Below the pieces are notes generated by a model. That model was not told the origin of the DNA, searched no databases, and saw only the letters and a program-made list of their open reading frames with translations. Positions 25,238 through 26,306 of a stretch of DNA of 26,306 nt are shown in pieces (the first letter of the stretch is position 1; each line of letters opens with the position of its first letter). The stretch is from positions 1-26,306 of the IMG/VR virus record IMGVR_UViG_3300036987_000495. One strand, 5' to 3'. The translations under genes and the position numbers were made by a program. Origin of the DNA: a virus (lineage: Duplodnaviria; Caudoviricetes).

Positions 25238-26185
25238 CTATGAAGAAGATACTTTTTTTAATTGTGGTTGAATAAAATCTTGATATTCTTTTATATAAAA
25301 TAATGCTAATTCCAATTTAAACCTTATTTCAAACGGAGGTAAAATATTCTCAATGATTACTTCTTTCGTCGCAAGATCTGTTTCTTCACAAATTTGAATT
25401 CCGTAAGTAGCTATGTTTAAAATCGCAAAGAGATAATTTTGATCATCAATTTCCACACTAATATTTTTTGATAATAATGAACCTATGTTATTATGTTCTT
25501 TATCTTTATTATCAGGTAAGTATTCACCTTTTTTATAACCTGTTCTTTTATCAGCCATAAATACTTGATTTTCAGTACGATTAATTATTAGTTTAATTGC
25601 AGATTTAGGATGAGTGGTTAACTCTCCTATTCCTAGACAACCATGAATGCCTGATTTATGTAACCATTTCCATTTTTCATCTTCAAATAGGGTTTTATAT
25701 ATTATACTAACGCTAATAGATTCTCTTTTTACACCTAGAAATTTATGTAGACATATAGTGAGTTCTTCAGCTAAATCTTTAATTTGATTATGTGGTTTGG
25801 TAATATGAATAAAGGGATTTGTATTATCAATGCTAATCTGATTTAAAATATAATCCTTAAATCTATCAGCCTTTTTGTTTGTTATGGAGTTTGTACTCGA
25901 TAATATATCTTGTAATACTGTTCTACTTTTTGTATTAATTTTATCCATTCTAAAATCATAAAAACTTTTTAAAAAAATAAATAGTAATGAAATTATCAAA
26001 ATAAACCAAAAACAACAATAACACCATTTAACTAAATTGCCATTTGAATCATATAACCCTAGGTTTTTACCGGCAATTTGTATGATATTAAACCAATAAC
26101 TAGTTACTGTTATAGATAAAAAAGTTATGAACCAATGTTCTACAAAAAACCGATGAATTTTATCTAGTTTACTTAACTCTTTCAT
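25238..26185 (-). CDS. Hypothetical protein: two N-terminal TM helices plus a soluble, possibly GAF-like domain
   Basis: Hydrophobic segments at ~17-35 and ~53-72; C-terminal GSLLSKNI...AILNIATYG strand pattern; terminator at ~25216-25239. Confidence 0.6.
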   Translation of the reverse strand: MKELSKLDKIHRFFVEHWFITFLSITVTSYWFNIIQIAGKNLGLYDSNGNLVKWCYCCFWFILIISLLFIFLKSFYDFRMDKINTKSRTVLQDILSSTNSITNKKADRFKDYILNQISIDNTNPFIHITKPHNQIKDLAEELTICLHKFLGVKRESISVSIIYKTLFEDEKWKWLHKSGIHGCLGIGELTTHPKSAIKLIINRTENQVFMADKRTGYKKGEYLPDNKDKEHNNIGSLLSKNISVEIDDQNYLFAILNIATYGIQICEETDLATKEVIIENILPPFEIRFKLELALFYIKEYQDFIQPQLKKVSSS

Positions 26186-26306
26186 CTTTAGAATTTAGCG
26201 GATAAGCATAAACTAAAATATTTTCAGGAGAAACATTTCTTGTGGAAAATTTAATCCCAAATTCCACTAATATTTCCTTAAAAAGATACCATAATTCTCT
26301 TAGCAT
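26169..26306 (-). CDS. Small ORF (at least 45 aa, possibly 5'-truncated) overlapping the next gene's start
   Basis: MLRELWYLFKEILVEFGIKFSTRNVSPENILVYAYPLNSKDERVK; open from the window edge. Confidence 0.45.
   Translation of the reverse strand: MLRELWYLFKEILVEFGIKFSTRNVSPENILVYAYPLNSKDERVK

Noticed and set aside
1-26306. CRISPR array, rRNA, tRNA, IS element
   Set aside because: No regularly spaced repeats, RNA gene structures or transposase motifs seen.

Overview
AT-rich window from a Firmicute, probably Clostridia-like (GGAGG RBSs, sigma-A promoters). Positions 1 to ~21.65 kb are part of a compact temperate siphophage-like prophage read almost entirely on the minus strand. In transcription order it has: an XRE repressor with a divergent promoter switch; early genes including a Tad2/DUF2829-like protein; a 1051-aa single-subunit two-barrel RNA polymerase of the cellular-RdRP/SPbeta-YonO family; an SF2-helicase-like replication protein followed by a hairpin-dense origin candidate; a GIY-YIG nuclease; morons; TerS; an antisense tyrosine recombinase with its own dif-like site; TerL; portal; head genes; connectors; and the start of the tail tube. 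The most striking signal is a 17/18 match to the HrcA heat-shock operator CIRCE (19710-19736). It sits at the transcription start of the sigma-A promoter pointing into the Tad2-like and RNA polymerase genes, and it faces a perfect-consensus antisense promoter. This suggests a prophage whose own RNA polymerase is wired to the host heat-shock/chaperone regulon. Positions 22-26.3 kb are accessory DNA: a membrane repeat protein, a frameshifted pseudogene, an Mrr-like nuclease and a 2TM protein. All family assignments come from motif recognition by eye; no database searches were run.
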